From assembly GCA_963707795.1 (NCBI GenBank), contig OY970174.1, positions 2,277,833 to 2,341,832 on the forward strand: a stretch of DNA of 64,000 bases, written 5' to 3'. Shown here in pieces: positions 39,703-48,090 of the stretch. The position numbers and the translations under genes were made by a program. Below the pieces are notes generated by a model that searched no databases, was not told the DNA's origin, and saw only the letters and a program-made list of their open reading frames with translations. Position 1 is the stretch's first letter; each line of letters starts with the position of its first letter. The stretch is from an uncultured Acidobacteriota bacterium. GTDB taxonomy: Bacteria > Acidobacteriota > Vicinamibacteria > Vicinamibacterales > UBA2999.

Positions 39703-42258
39703 CTAGCGAACTCCGTCGATCAGCTTGAGCAGCAAGGCCTGTGCCCGTTCGTAGGTCGGCGCGATCTCGAGGGCCGCCAGCGCTTCGCGCTTGGCGTCGG
39801 CCTGCTGGCCGCCCTGGAACAGGGCTTCGGCAAGGTCGGCGTGGGCGGCCGCCCGGTCGATGGGTCCGGCGGCCAGCGCCACGCGGAAGTCGCGGATCGC
39901 CTCGGCCGGCTGGTTGGCCGCCAGCGCCATGCGGCCCAGCGTGGTGTGCGACGCCGCGTCGAACGGGTCCACCGCGACCGCGCGGCGCAGCGCCGTGCGC
40001 AGCCGCGCCTGATCGCGCTCCGGATCGAGGAGGCCGGCCAGCTGGCGCGCCGCGTCGACCGCGGTGTGATCCTGCGCGGTCAGCGCGTCCAGGGCCTCGG
40101 CCGCCTTCGCCTTGTCACCGCCGGCCATGGCCACTTCGACGATCTGCATGTACGGGCTTTCCGCGCCCGTCGTCATCGGCACCAGCTCGGCCGCCCGTTC
40201 GTAGGCGGCAATCGCGCCAGCCGGATCGCTGCCCCGCAGGGCCCGTCCCAGTGCCATGTGGACGGCGAAGCTGTCGGGATGGGCGGTCGCGGCGGCGCGC
40301 AACTGTTCGAGCGGCTGATCGGGCTTGAAGTCCGGCGGCACCGCCAGCGCGCGGCGCAGGTCGCGGAAGCGCCCCTCCAGGAACACGTCGAAGGTCTTCT
40401 GCAGCGCGTCGAGATCGGTCGACAGCACCTTGGCGATGGCGGCGTCGGTCGTGATGCCGTCGGCGAACGACTGGACCAGGGCGCGCAGCGCCGGCTCGCC
40501 GTGCGCCTGGACGATGTGCTCGACGAGGAGCGAGGCCTCGTAATAGGCCAGCGAGATCGTCTGTGGATTCTGGAAGCCGGTGTTGAGATCGCGCAGCGCG
40601 AGCGTCTCGCCGGCGTCGAGCGCGCGCGCGAACGCGACCTCCATCTCCCGTCCCCATTCGGGACGCGCCCGCTTCTCCTCGAACACCGAGATGCCCTCGC
40701 TCAGCCAGCGCGGCAGTCGCTGCTTCGACAGTTGCAGCGTGATCACGTGCGCCATCTCGTGCCAGAGCGTCGCGCCCCAGTTGAAGTCGCCCGGGGGCCT
40801 GGCCTTCGGCGAATCCATCGTCACCACACGCCCGAAACAGGCGCCCAGTGCCCCGAGCATGCCGGGCAGGCCCAGCGTGCGGACCGCGAAGTCGTCGTGA
40901 CGCGGGAAGATCTCGATGAGCAGCGGTCCTTCCGGTGTGAACTCCCATCGCTTGCTCAGCGCCGCCAGCGCGTCGCGGGCGAGCGCCGGCGCGTACTCGC
41001 GCATCACCCCGGCCTCGTCCTTGTGCAGCTTGATCGTGAGGGCGCCGTCCTGGACGATCTCGAAACTCTCGAGCGTATCGAGCAGGCCGAGCAGGTTGTA
41101 GGTGATGAGGTCGTACGGATCGGCGCGAAACGCCGTTTCCAGCGCCCGCCGCGCATTGCGCTCGTCGCCCGTGCGCATCAGGTGGGCGCCCAGGTCGGCA
41201 TGGGCGCGGGCGTTCTCGCGATCGATGGCGATGCCGCGGCGCACCTGCTCGGCGGCCTCGTCGAACCGGTAATACCGGGCGGTGATCGCCCCGACGATGC
41301 GGTGGGCCTCGCCGAAGAGCGGGTTGATGGCGAGGGCGGCGGCGATGGCCGCCTGGTGTTCCGCGTCCCGGCCCTCGACGAACTCGATGGCGGCCGTCAG
41401 CGCGAAGGCCTCGAGGCTCTTCGGGTTGATCGCCTGCGCCCTGGCAATCGCCTCGCGCGCCTCGTCCTTCTTGTCCTCGTCGATGGCCAGTTCCGCGAGC
41501 AGGAGGTGGGCCTCGGCGTCGGCGGGATTGAGCTCGAGCGCACGCCGCACCGACCGCGCGGCGGCCGGCGGATTCTCGTCGGCCACAGCGTGGGCGAGGC
41601 CGCGGTGCGCGGGGGCATAATCCGGCTCCGCCTTCAGCGCCGCCTGGAAGGACTTCGCGGCGTCCTGGCGGTTGTGCTTCTCCAGGAACAACTCGCCCCA
41701 CTGCGTGTTGACGACGGCGTCGTTCGGGGCGACGGCAATGGCTTCGCGGAAGTAGCCGTTGGCGTCCTCGAAGCGCCCGAGCGCGCGCGCCGCGCGAGCG
41801 GCCCGGCTGTAATCGGCCGCCGTGCCGGTGGGCGTGTCCGCGAGCAGCAGCAGCTGCAGCGTCCGGCGCGCCTCGCTGCGGCGTCCGAGTCGCCATTGCA
41901 GCAGACCCAGCTCGAGCGCCGCGTCGCTCGCCGGCGCGCTGGCCGCCGGCGCGCGCAGCAGCTCTTCCGCCTGCGCATACTCGCCGCGCGCGATCAGCGC
42001 GCGGGCGCGCAGCGCGACCAGTCCCTCGTCGGCGCCCGCCTCCTGCGTCAGCCGCTCGACCTCGTCGTACTGTCCGGCGCGCAGTGCCTTCTCGGCTGCC
42101 GCACGCAAGGCGGCACCCGACTGGCTTGCCGAGGGCCTCGCCACCACCACGAGGAGGAAGCCGAGGCCGATCGTCAGCCCCGCACCGATCCACACCAGAC
42201 GGCGCCAATGCCACGGCAACGCCGCGCGGCGGGAGGGAAGATCACGCGAGATAGGCAT
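39703..42258 (-). CDS. TPR-repeat protein with embedded MA-clan zinc metallopeptidase domain (HEMAH)
   Basis: Internal ATG of ORF 39703..42429. N-terminal TM, then TPR repeats, WHEMAHVITLQ...WLSEGISVFEE, then more TPR repeats. Confidence 0.75.
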   Translation of the reverse strand: MPISRDLPSRRAALPWHWRRLVWIGAGLTIGLGFLLVVVARPSASQSGAALRAAAEKALRAGQYDEVERLTQEAGADEGLVALRARALIARGEYAQAEELLRAPAASAPASDAALELGLLQWRLGRRSEARRTLQLLLLADTPTGTAADYSRAARAARALGRFEDANGYFREAIAVAPNDAVVNTQWGELFLEKHNRQDAAKSFQAALKAEPDYAPAHRGLAHAVADENPPAAARSVRRALELNPADAEAHLLLAELAIDEDKKDEAREAIARAQAINPKSLEAFALTAAIEFVEGRDAEHQAAIAAALAINPLFGEAHRIVGAITARYYRFDEAAEQVRRGIAIDRENARAHADLGAHLMRTGDERNARRALETAFRADPYDLITYNLLGLLDTLESFEIVQDGALTIKLHKDEAGVMREYAPALARDALAALSKRWEFTPEGPLLIEIFPRHDDFAVRTLGLPGMLGALGACFGRVVTMDSPKARPPGDFNWGATLWHEMAHVITLQLSKQRLPRWLSEGISVFEEKRARPEWGREMEVAFARALDAGETLALRDLNTGFQNPQTISLAYYEASLLVEHIVQAHGEPALRALVQSFADGITTDAAIAKVLSTDLDALQKTFDVFLEGRFRDLRRALAVPPDFKPDQPLEQLRAAATAHPDSFAVHMALGRALRGSDPAGAIAAYERAAELVPMTTGAESPYMQIVEVAMAGGDKAKAAEALDALTAQDHTAVDAARQLAGLLDPERDQARLRTALRRAVAVDPFDAASHTTLGRMALAANQPAEAIRDFRVALAAGPIDRAAAHADLAEALFQGGQQADAKREALAALEIAPTYERAQALLLKLIDGVR

Positions 42259-42361
42259 GAACAGGGCCAGTATAGCGCACGGGTTTTCGCGCTCCTGGTG
42301 GGTTAGACGGCGCCGGAGCCCGGGTGGACGCCTGCGGGCGCGCACCGGCAAGGGCCCGGGG

Positions 42362-43783
42362 TCAATAAAGCGGGCGCCAGGTGAAGAACAGCATCGCGCA
42401 CACCGCCTGGAGCATCGCGAACGCGGCAATCCATGCGGCGCGATGGCTGCGCGGCAGCACCGCCGCGAGCCACAGGAACGCCGGGAAGAGCACCGAGGTC
42501 ACGCGTCCCATCGAGAGCAGGCCGCCCATGGCCAGCGGCGGCAGGACGTTGACGAGGATCATCACCGCGTACGCGAGGCCGAGCCGGCGCAGGACCGGCC
42601 ACACCGTGACGAGCACGAAGATCACGGCCATCGCCTGCAGCATGTCCAGCGTCCGCGTCGACGCATATTCGTAGAAGCCGCCCTGCGTGATCCAGTGGAT
42701 GCGGTCGGTCACCAGCCCGTCGAGGCTGCGATACACGCGGCCCCAGGCCGCGTTCTGCGCCGCCCATTGCAGCGGATGGCCGGTGAGGAAATAGATATAC
42801 GTGGAATAGACGAGCATGCCGATCCCGGGCGCGGCCGCCGTGGCAATCCGATCCGCCAGCCGGGGCCAGCCCATCGGCGGCGGCCAGGTCGGCCGCCAGC
42901 CACCGGTCCACAACGGCCGCACGGCGATGAGCGCCAGCACCACCGAGAGCAGGCACCCGTTCGGCCGCGTCAACCCTGCGACCACGCCCCACAGCGCCGC
43001 CTGCCACAGTTCGTCGCGCTCGAAGTGGTAACAGGTCGCGACCAGGGTCAGCAGAAAGAGCGACTCGGTGTACGCCGCGCTGAAGAACAACGCAAACGGG
43101 TACGTGGCCAGCAGCGCCACCGCCACCGGCGCGGCCTCCTCACCGATGAACTGGCGCGCGAGGCGGAACAGATAGATGCACGCCACGAAAAAGGACACGA
43201 GCGAGATCAGCACGCCCACCCACATCGTCTGTCGTCCGGCGAGCAGCGCCGTGTAGCGCATCAGCATCGGATAGACGGGGAAGAAGGCGATGTTCTGCTG
43301 GCGATCGGCCTGCGACGGATTCCACTGGTACCCATCCATCGCGACCATCAGATACCAGCCCGTGTCCCAGCGCGCCGGCAGGTCGCGAAGTTGATCGCCG
43401 TAGACGTCCCACGGCGGCGCCTTCGGCGGAAAGCCGAACAGGATGACGGCGAGCAGGCCCACCGCCAGGACACCGGCGCGCGTCGCCACCACGACCGGCC
43501 AGACCAGCCGCGCCTCGGAGACGTGCCACCACGTGCGCAGGCTGCGATACAGCTGCACCGGCAGCAACGGGCGGGGATAGAGGCCGTGCCGGACGAGGGA
43601 CGCGGCAGCCGCGATCACCAGCGGCCGGATCCACGAGGTGACCGACAGCCGTCCGACGGGGGTCCATTCCCGGAAGCCCCCGGTGGCGAACACGGTGGCG
43701 GCAACGAGGATCGCGGCGACGGTGACGATGTCGAGCGTGCGCACCCACCAGGGCACGCGATCGGGGGCCGGGACGCCGGGCAT
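42362..43783 (-). CDS. polytopic GT-C-type mannosyltransferase-like protein (PIG-V-like)
   Basis: Internal ATG of ORF 42362..44056. ARWDTGWYLMVAMDGYQW...NIAFFPVYPMLMR matches the PIG-V family signature. More than 8 TM helices. Confidence 0.65.
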   Translation of the reverse strand: MPGVPAPDRVPWWVRTLDIVTVAAILVAATVFATGGFREWTPVGRLSVTSWIRPLVIAAAASLVRHGLYPRPLLPVQLYRSLRTWWHVSEARLVWPVVVATRAGVLAVGLLAVILFGFPPKAPPWDVYGDQLRDLPARWDTGWYLMVAMDGYQWNPSQADRQQNIAFFPVYPMLMRYTALLAGRQTMWVGVLISLVSFFVACIYLFRLARQFIGEEAAPVAVALLATYPFALFFSAAYTESLFLLTLVATCYHFERDELWQAALWGVVAGLTRPNGCLLSVVLALIAVRPLWTGGWRPTWPPPMGWPRLADRIATAAAPGIGMLVYSTYIYFLTGHPLQWAAQNAAWGRVYRSLDGLVTDRIHWITQGGFYEYASTRTLDMLQAMAVIFVLVTVWPVLRRLGLAYAVMILVNVLPPLAMGGLLSMGRVTSVLFPAFLWLAAVLPRSHRAAWIAAFAMLQAVCAMLFFTWRPLY

Positions 43784-43790
43784 GTGCGGC

Positions 43791-44306
43791 CTATTCTCTC
43801 CCGAGCGCGCGATCTTCGACCGCAATCCGCCGGACCAGCAGCGCGCCGAAGCCGACGAGCGCCACCAGGCCGGCGATCGGCGCCCACACGAGACAGGCCA
43901 TGCCCGCGATCTCGCCGACGACGGCGACGTAGTTGGGATGGCGGATCCACGCGTAGGGCCCGCGTGTGACGAGCGGCGCGTCGGCGAGGACCAGCACGCG
44001 GAAAGTCCAGCGGACCCCGAGTGTGCCGATCGCCCACATCTTGAGCGCTTTGGCAACCCCGAGAATCACCAGGCCGGCCGCGAGCACCCGCGGCGGGGCC
44101 GGTCCGGCGATCGCCCCCTCGAGGGCCATGATCACGAAGCAGGCCGGGTAGGCCCAGCGCATGATCGAGAACACGTCGCCGGTTGCTTCGCGCGCGCCGC
44201 GCGCGCGCAGCACACGCTCGTTGTACGCCGACAGCAATGCTTCGCCCGCCATCATCGCCAGGACGGCGGCCAGCGACGCCGTGGCGATCAGGAACGCGGC
44301 AGACAC
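43791..44306 (-). CDS. isoprenylcysteine carboxyl methyltransferase (ICMT)-family membrane methyltransferase
   Basis: GTG at 44306 within ORF 43791..44471. TRGPYAWIRHPNYVAVVGE and RRIAVEDRAL motifs. Confidence 0.75.
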   Translation of the reverse strand: MSAAFLIATASLAAVLAMMAGEALLSAYNERVLRARGAREATGDVFSIMRWAYPACFVIMALEGAIAGPAPPRVLAAGLVILGVAKALKMWAIGTLGVRWTFRVLVLADAPLVTRGPYAWIRHPNYVAVVGEIAGMACLVWAPIAGLVALVGFGALLVRRIAVEDRALGRE

Positions 44307-45484
44307 GACACGGCGGGACCGAACGGCGTCCCTTCCCCGCCGGCGTCGCAGTCGCCGGCATAGCGGATGATGTCCTCGAATGCCGACGGCAGCAGACGCG
44401 CGCCGAGTGCCGCGGCGCCGACGGCCGCCGGGGAGGCGACCAGCGTCCGGAGCGTGCGGTTGAACCGCCACTTGGCCTGGAACGCGCGCCGGCGGGCGGC
44501 CGTCAACCGCGCATGCGCCATGTCGTACGCGACACGGGCGGCCAGGACGTCGAGCACGACCGACGCCGCCAGTTCGGCGCCGGCAATCGCGAAGCGAAGC
44601 CCGTCGCCGGTCATCGGATCGATGAAGCCCGCGGCGTCGCCGGCGAGCAGCAAGCCGGGCACGCCGGCGCTGCTGGCGTCGACGGCCATCGGCCCGAGCA
44701 CCTGCACGCGGCCGACCAGCCGCGCGGCCGCGAATCGTGGCGCCAGGTGAACGTCAGCGGCCAGCGCGTCGGTGAGGGCGCGCGCCGCATCTGCCCACGG
44801 AACGCCGCCCGCGTCGCGCGGCACGACGAGACACGCGTTGGCGAGCCCGCCGGGCATGGGAGCAACCCCGATGTAATGCCCGCGCCGCACGTGCATCTCG
44901 CCCGCCCGGCTCAGATCCTCGACGCCCTCGAAGTAGCCGCCGATCGCCCACCGGCGCGGCCGGACGGGGTGACGCGCCAGGCCGAACGCGCGCGCGAGCC
45001 GTGACTGACGTCCATCGGCGGCGATCACCAGGCGGCAGGCGATCTCGTGAACGGCGCCCGCCGCGCTTCGCACCGTGACCCCGGCCATCTCCCGGCCGCC
45101 ACACGCGGGCCGGACCGACACGACCGCCACGCCATCGTCGAACTGCGCCCCGGCCTCCACGGCGTGTTCGACGAGGCGCGCGTCGAGCGCCGCGCGCGAC
45201 AGGGCGCGCCCCTGCAACCCGCCGGGATAGCGCCCGCGCACGGCCACGCCTCTCGGACCGGTGAGCAGCATGCCGTCGAGCCCGATTGAACCGGTGAGCA
45301 GCCGGTCGAGGGGGATGTGCGCGCCGAGCAGGCGGAGGGCGCCGGGATTGAGCGTGTCGCCGCAGAGCTTGGGCCGCGGAAATCGGGCGCGATCGAACAG
45401 GCGGACCGCCACCCCAGCGCGCGCCAGCCGCGCGGCCGCCCACGCGCCGGCCGGGCCGGCGCCCGCGATGATCACTTCGTCCAT
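44288..45484 (-). CDS. FAD-dependent oxidoreductase, geranylgeranyl-reductase family
   Basis: MDEVIIAGAGPAGAWAAARLARAG...FPRPKLCGDTLNP and the LLAGDAAGFIDPMTGDG motif. Confidence 0.8.
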   Translation of the reverse strand: MDEVIIAGAGPAGAWAAARLARAGVAVRLFDRARFPRPKLCGDTLNPGALRLLGAHIPLDRLLTGSIGLDGMLLTGPRGVAVRGRYPGGLQGRALSRAALDARLVEHAVEAGAQFDDGVAVVSVRPACGGREMAGVTVRSAAGAVHEIACRLVIAADGRQSRLARAFGLARHPVRPRRWAIGGYFEGVEDLSRAGEMHVRRGHYIGVAPMPGGLANACLVVPRDAGGVPWADAARALTDALAADVHLAPRFAAARLVGRVQVLGPMAVDASSAGVPGLLLAGDAAGFIDPMTGDGLRFAIAGAELAASVVLDVLAARVAYDMAHARLTAARRRAFQAKWRFNRTLRTLVASPAAVGAAALGARLLPSAFEDIIRYAGDCDAGGEGTPFGPAVSCLPRS

Positions 45485-45539
45485 GTGCCGTCCACCCGTG
45501 CGACCAGCGGCGCGTTCCTGCCGGCGCGAGGGCCGGCCA

Positions 45540-46823
45540 TCAGACCGCGCCCAGGACCAGGGCCGAGTTCTTCGAACCGAATCCGAGACAGTTGCACAAC
45601 GCCGCCGCCGGCCGCGCGGCACGCCCGTGGTTGGCGAGGAAGTCGAGATCGCATCGCGGATCCTGGTCGGTCAGATTGATCGTCGGCGGCAGGAACCCGC
45701 GCGACAGCGCCAGCGCCGTGGCCACGATGCCCGCGGCCCCGCTCGCGCCCTGCGGATGGCCAATCATCGACTTGATCGACGATCCCGGCACCTGGTCGGC
45801 GAGCGCCCCGAACACCTGGCGGGTACACCGCGCCTCGACGGCATCGTTCAACTGGGTCGAGGTGCCGTGGTAGTTGACGTAGCCGATGTCGTCGACGGGC
45901 CGTCCCGATCGAGCGATGCACTCCGTCATGCAGCGCACGATCTGCGCGCCTTCCGGATCCATCTGCACCCGGTGGTAGGCGTCGCAGGTGCTGGCGTAGC
46001 CGTCGATGGTGGCGTAGACGCGCGCGCCGCGCGCCCGCGCGCGGTCCTCGCGCTCGAGCGCCAGCATCCACGCCCCTTCTCCGAGCACGAACCCGTCGCG
46101 CCCGCGATCGAACGGACGCGACGCGGTCTCCGGCCGGTCGTTGTAGTGGGTCGATACGGCGCGCATCCGCGAGAAGCCGAAGATCATGCCGGGAAGCACG
46201 CAGCCGTCCGTGCCGCCGGAGAGGAGCACGTCGCACTCGCCGGCGCGCAGCAGCATCGCCGCGTAGCCGATGGCATCGGTGGAACTGGTGCAGCCCGTGG
46301 ACAGGACGTGGCTGATGCCGTGCAGGCCGAGCGCGATCGAGATTTCGCTCGACACCATGCCGCAGATGCCCAGCGCGATCGCGTAGGGGGTGACGTGCCG
46401 GCCGCCGGTGGTGAAGAAATCCTGGTACTGGCGCTCGCCGACGTCGATCCCGCCGCCGCCGGTCCCGATGATGACGCCGGCCCGCGGCTGGCCGGGCGAG
46501 AGGCCGGCGTCGGTCCACGCTTCGCGTGCCGCCACCACGCCGAACAGCGCCGCCCGCGAGTAGCGCTTCGGATCGGCGTGCTCCGACGGGCCGCCATCGC
46601 GGCGCCGCGCGCCGTTGCCGTTCGCGGCCGCGTCAACCGCCGCCTGCGCCGCCGCCACCGATTCGGCCGGCACGGCCGCCGCCACCTGGCAGGGATAGCT
46701 CGTCGCGTCGAACTCGGTGATCGCGCGCGTGCCGCTCACGCCCCGGCGGATGTGATCCCAGTACGTCTCGCGACCGAGACCGAACGTCGAAACCGCGCCG
46801 ATCCCGGTAATCGCGATCCTCAC
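45540..46823 (-). CDS. beta-ketoacyl synthase (KAS I/II, Cys-His-His type)
   Basis: 427 aa. Active-site LSTGCTSS, YHGTSTQLND, SMIGHPQGASG. An alanine-rich insertion of about 40 aa lies near residue 55. Confidence 0.9.
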   Translation of the reverse strand: MRIAITGIGAVSTFGLGRETYWDHIRRGVSGTRAITEFDATSYPCQVAAAVPAESVAAAQAAVDAAANGNGARRRDGGPSEHADPKRYSRAALFGVVAAREAWTDAGLSPGQPRAGVIIGTGGGGIDVGERQYQDFFTTGGRHVTPYAIALGICGMVSSEISIALGLHGISHVLSTGCTSSTDAIGYAAMLLRAGECDVLLSGGTDGCVLPGMIFGFSRMRAVSTHYNDRPETASRPFDRGRDGFVLGEGAWMLALEREDRARARGARVYATIDGYASTCDAYHRVQMDPEGAQIVRCMTECIARSGRPVDDIGYVNYHGTSTQLNDAVEARCTRQVFGALADQVPGSSIKSMIGHPQGASGAAGIVATALALSRGFLPPTINLTDQDPRCDLDFLANHGRAARPAAALCNCLGFGSKNSALVLGAV

Positions 46824-46874
46824 GCTGCCTCCGCCGGTGGCGCCTCGCCACCTCGACCGCTCGCCGGCATCCGC

Positions 46875-46902
46875 TTGGCGCGAATCACGGTGTCTATATT
46901 AT
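46875..46902 (+). promoter_or_regulatory. putative sigma70-type promoter giving a near-leaderless transcript
   Basis: TTGGCG(46875)-N16-TATTAT(46897), 6 nt before the GTG at 46909. It is an AT-rich island in GC-rich sequence. Confidence 0.3.
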
Positions 46903-46908
46903 TGGGCC

Positions 46909-47592
46909 GTGCGCGCGATCGCGTGGCTCGGCGGGCTCGCCTTCGCGGCCTCACTGGCCTACCTCGCCTACTTCTACGCGGTCGTCCTGGCATCGCCGGC
47001 CGGGGATGCCGCCCGCGCCGCCGGTCATGCCGCCTTCGATGCCGGTCTGTTCGCGGTGTTCGCCGCGCATCATTCGCTGCTCGCGCGGGCCGGCCTGAAG
47101 TCGCGCCTGGCGCGGGTGATCCCGGCAGGACTCGAGCGCACCGTCTATGTGATCGCCGCCAGCGCGCTGCTCGCGGCGGTCTGCCTGCTCTGGCGGCCGG
47201 TGCCGGGCACGGTCTACGAAGCCGGCGGCGTGCTGCGCGCGGCGCTGTACGGCGTGCAGGTTGTCGGCGTGCTGCTCACGATCCGCAGCGCCAGCCTGAT
47301 CGATCCGCTCGAGCTGGCGGGAATCCGGCCGGCGGCGGCGCCGGCCCCGGACGCGATCCGGATCGCCGGACCGTTCCGGATGGTGCGTCATCCGATTTAC
47401 CTGGGATGGTTGCTGATGCTGTTCGGGGCGCCGTCGATGACGATGAATCGGCTGCTCTTCGCCGGCATCAGTTCCGCCTACCTCATCCTCGCCATCCCCT
47501 GGGAGGAGAGGTCACTCGTCGCGGCCCACGGCGATCGGTACCGCGCGTATCAGCAGGCCGTTCGCTGGCGCCTGATCCCTGGGCTCTGGTAG
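46909..47592 (+). CDS. ICMT/PEMT-like membrane methyltransferase family protein
   Basis: Polytopic. GPFRMVRHPIYLGWLLMLFG...PWEERSLVAAHGDRYRAYQ. The ORF track starts at 46837. Confidence 0.7.
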   Translation: MRAIAWLGGLAFAASLAYLAYFYAVVLASPAGDAARAAGHAAFDAGLFAVFAAHHSLLARAGLKSRLARVIPAGLERTVYVIAASALLAAVCLLWRPVPGTVYEAGGVLRAALYGVQVVGVLLTIRSASLIDPLELAGIRPAAAPAPDAIRIAGPFRMVRHPIYLGWLLMLFGAPSMTMNRLLFAGISSAYLILAIPWEERSLVAAHGDRYRAYQQAVRWRLIPGLW

Positions 47593-47944
47593 CGGAAGCG
47601 TCGCGAGGCTGCGCCTCGGCGGCAGGCGAGGGCTCCTCGTCCTCCACGTCGCGCGGCAGGCCCTCGAGCTGATCGACGAACAGCAGCGAGTGCAGGGACG
47701 GGATCTCGAATTTCCTCCCGCAGGTCTTGCACACCACCTCGTCGTCCACGCGGATCAGGTGGTCGCGCAGCTTGGCGAACTTGGCCCGGTCGCGCTCGTC
47801 GGCGCCCGGAGGCAGGCGGTCCTTCTTCACGCGCCGCACCCAGCGGACGCTGTACTCGTTGGTGCGGCGGCAGCGGTTGCAGGTGTACCGTGCGGCGCGG
47901 GTTTCGTTGCGGTCGGAGAAAAAAGCGCGTTCGTCGAGGGACAT
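47483..47944 (-). CDS. zinc-ribbon hypothetical protein
   Basis: MSLDERAFF...CNRCRR...CKTCGR (two C-x2-C pairs) with an acidic/low-complexity tail. The 3' end overlaps the convergent gene by about 110 nt. Confidence 0.45.
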   Translation of the reverse strand: MSLDERAFFSDRNETRAARYTCNRCRRTNEYSVRWVRRVKKDRLPPGADERDRAKFAKLRDHLIRVDDEVVCKTCGRKFEIPSLHSLLFVDQLEGLPRDVEDEEPSPAAEAQPRDASATRAQGSGASERPADTRGTDRRGPRRVTSPPRGWRG

Positions 47945-48090
47945 GGGCTGGACGAATTGTACTCCTTTCGGACACACGGGACCGGCCGCAACGCCGTCGC
48001 GGGCGCCGTCGCGACGAACGATGGCGGCGCGGCGGCAACGGCTCAGCCGGGTTCGCTTGCCAGCCGACGTATGATCGGCGAAGAATCCCC

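Noticed and set aside
39841-43969. Long plus-strand ORFs 39841..42306 and 41822..43969
   Set aside because: They are antisense to the well-supported TPR-peptidase and PIG-V-like genes and have extreme Arg/Gly/Pro content. The same reasoning applies to ORFs 45261..47672, 48043..50511, 54419..56749, 13741..15861, 14153..15808, 35039..37210 and 33054..35105.
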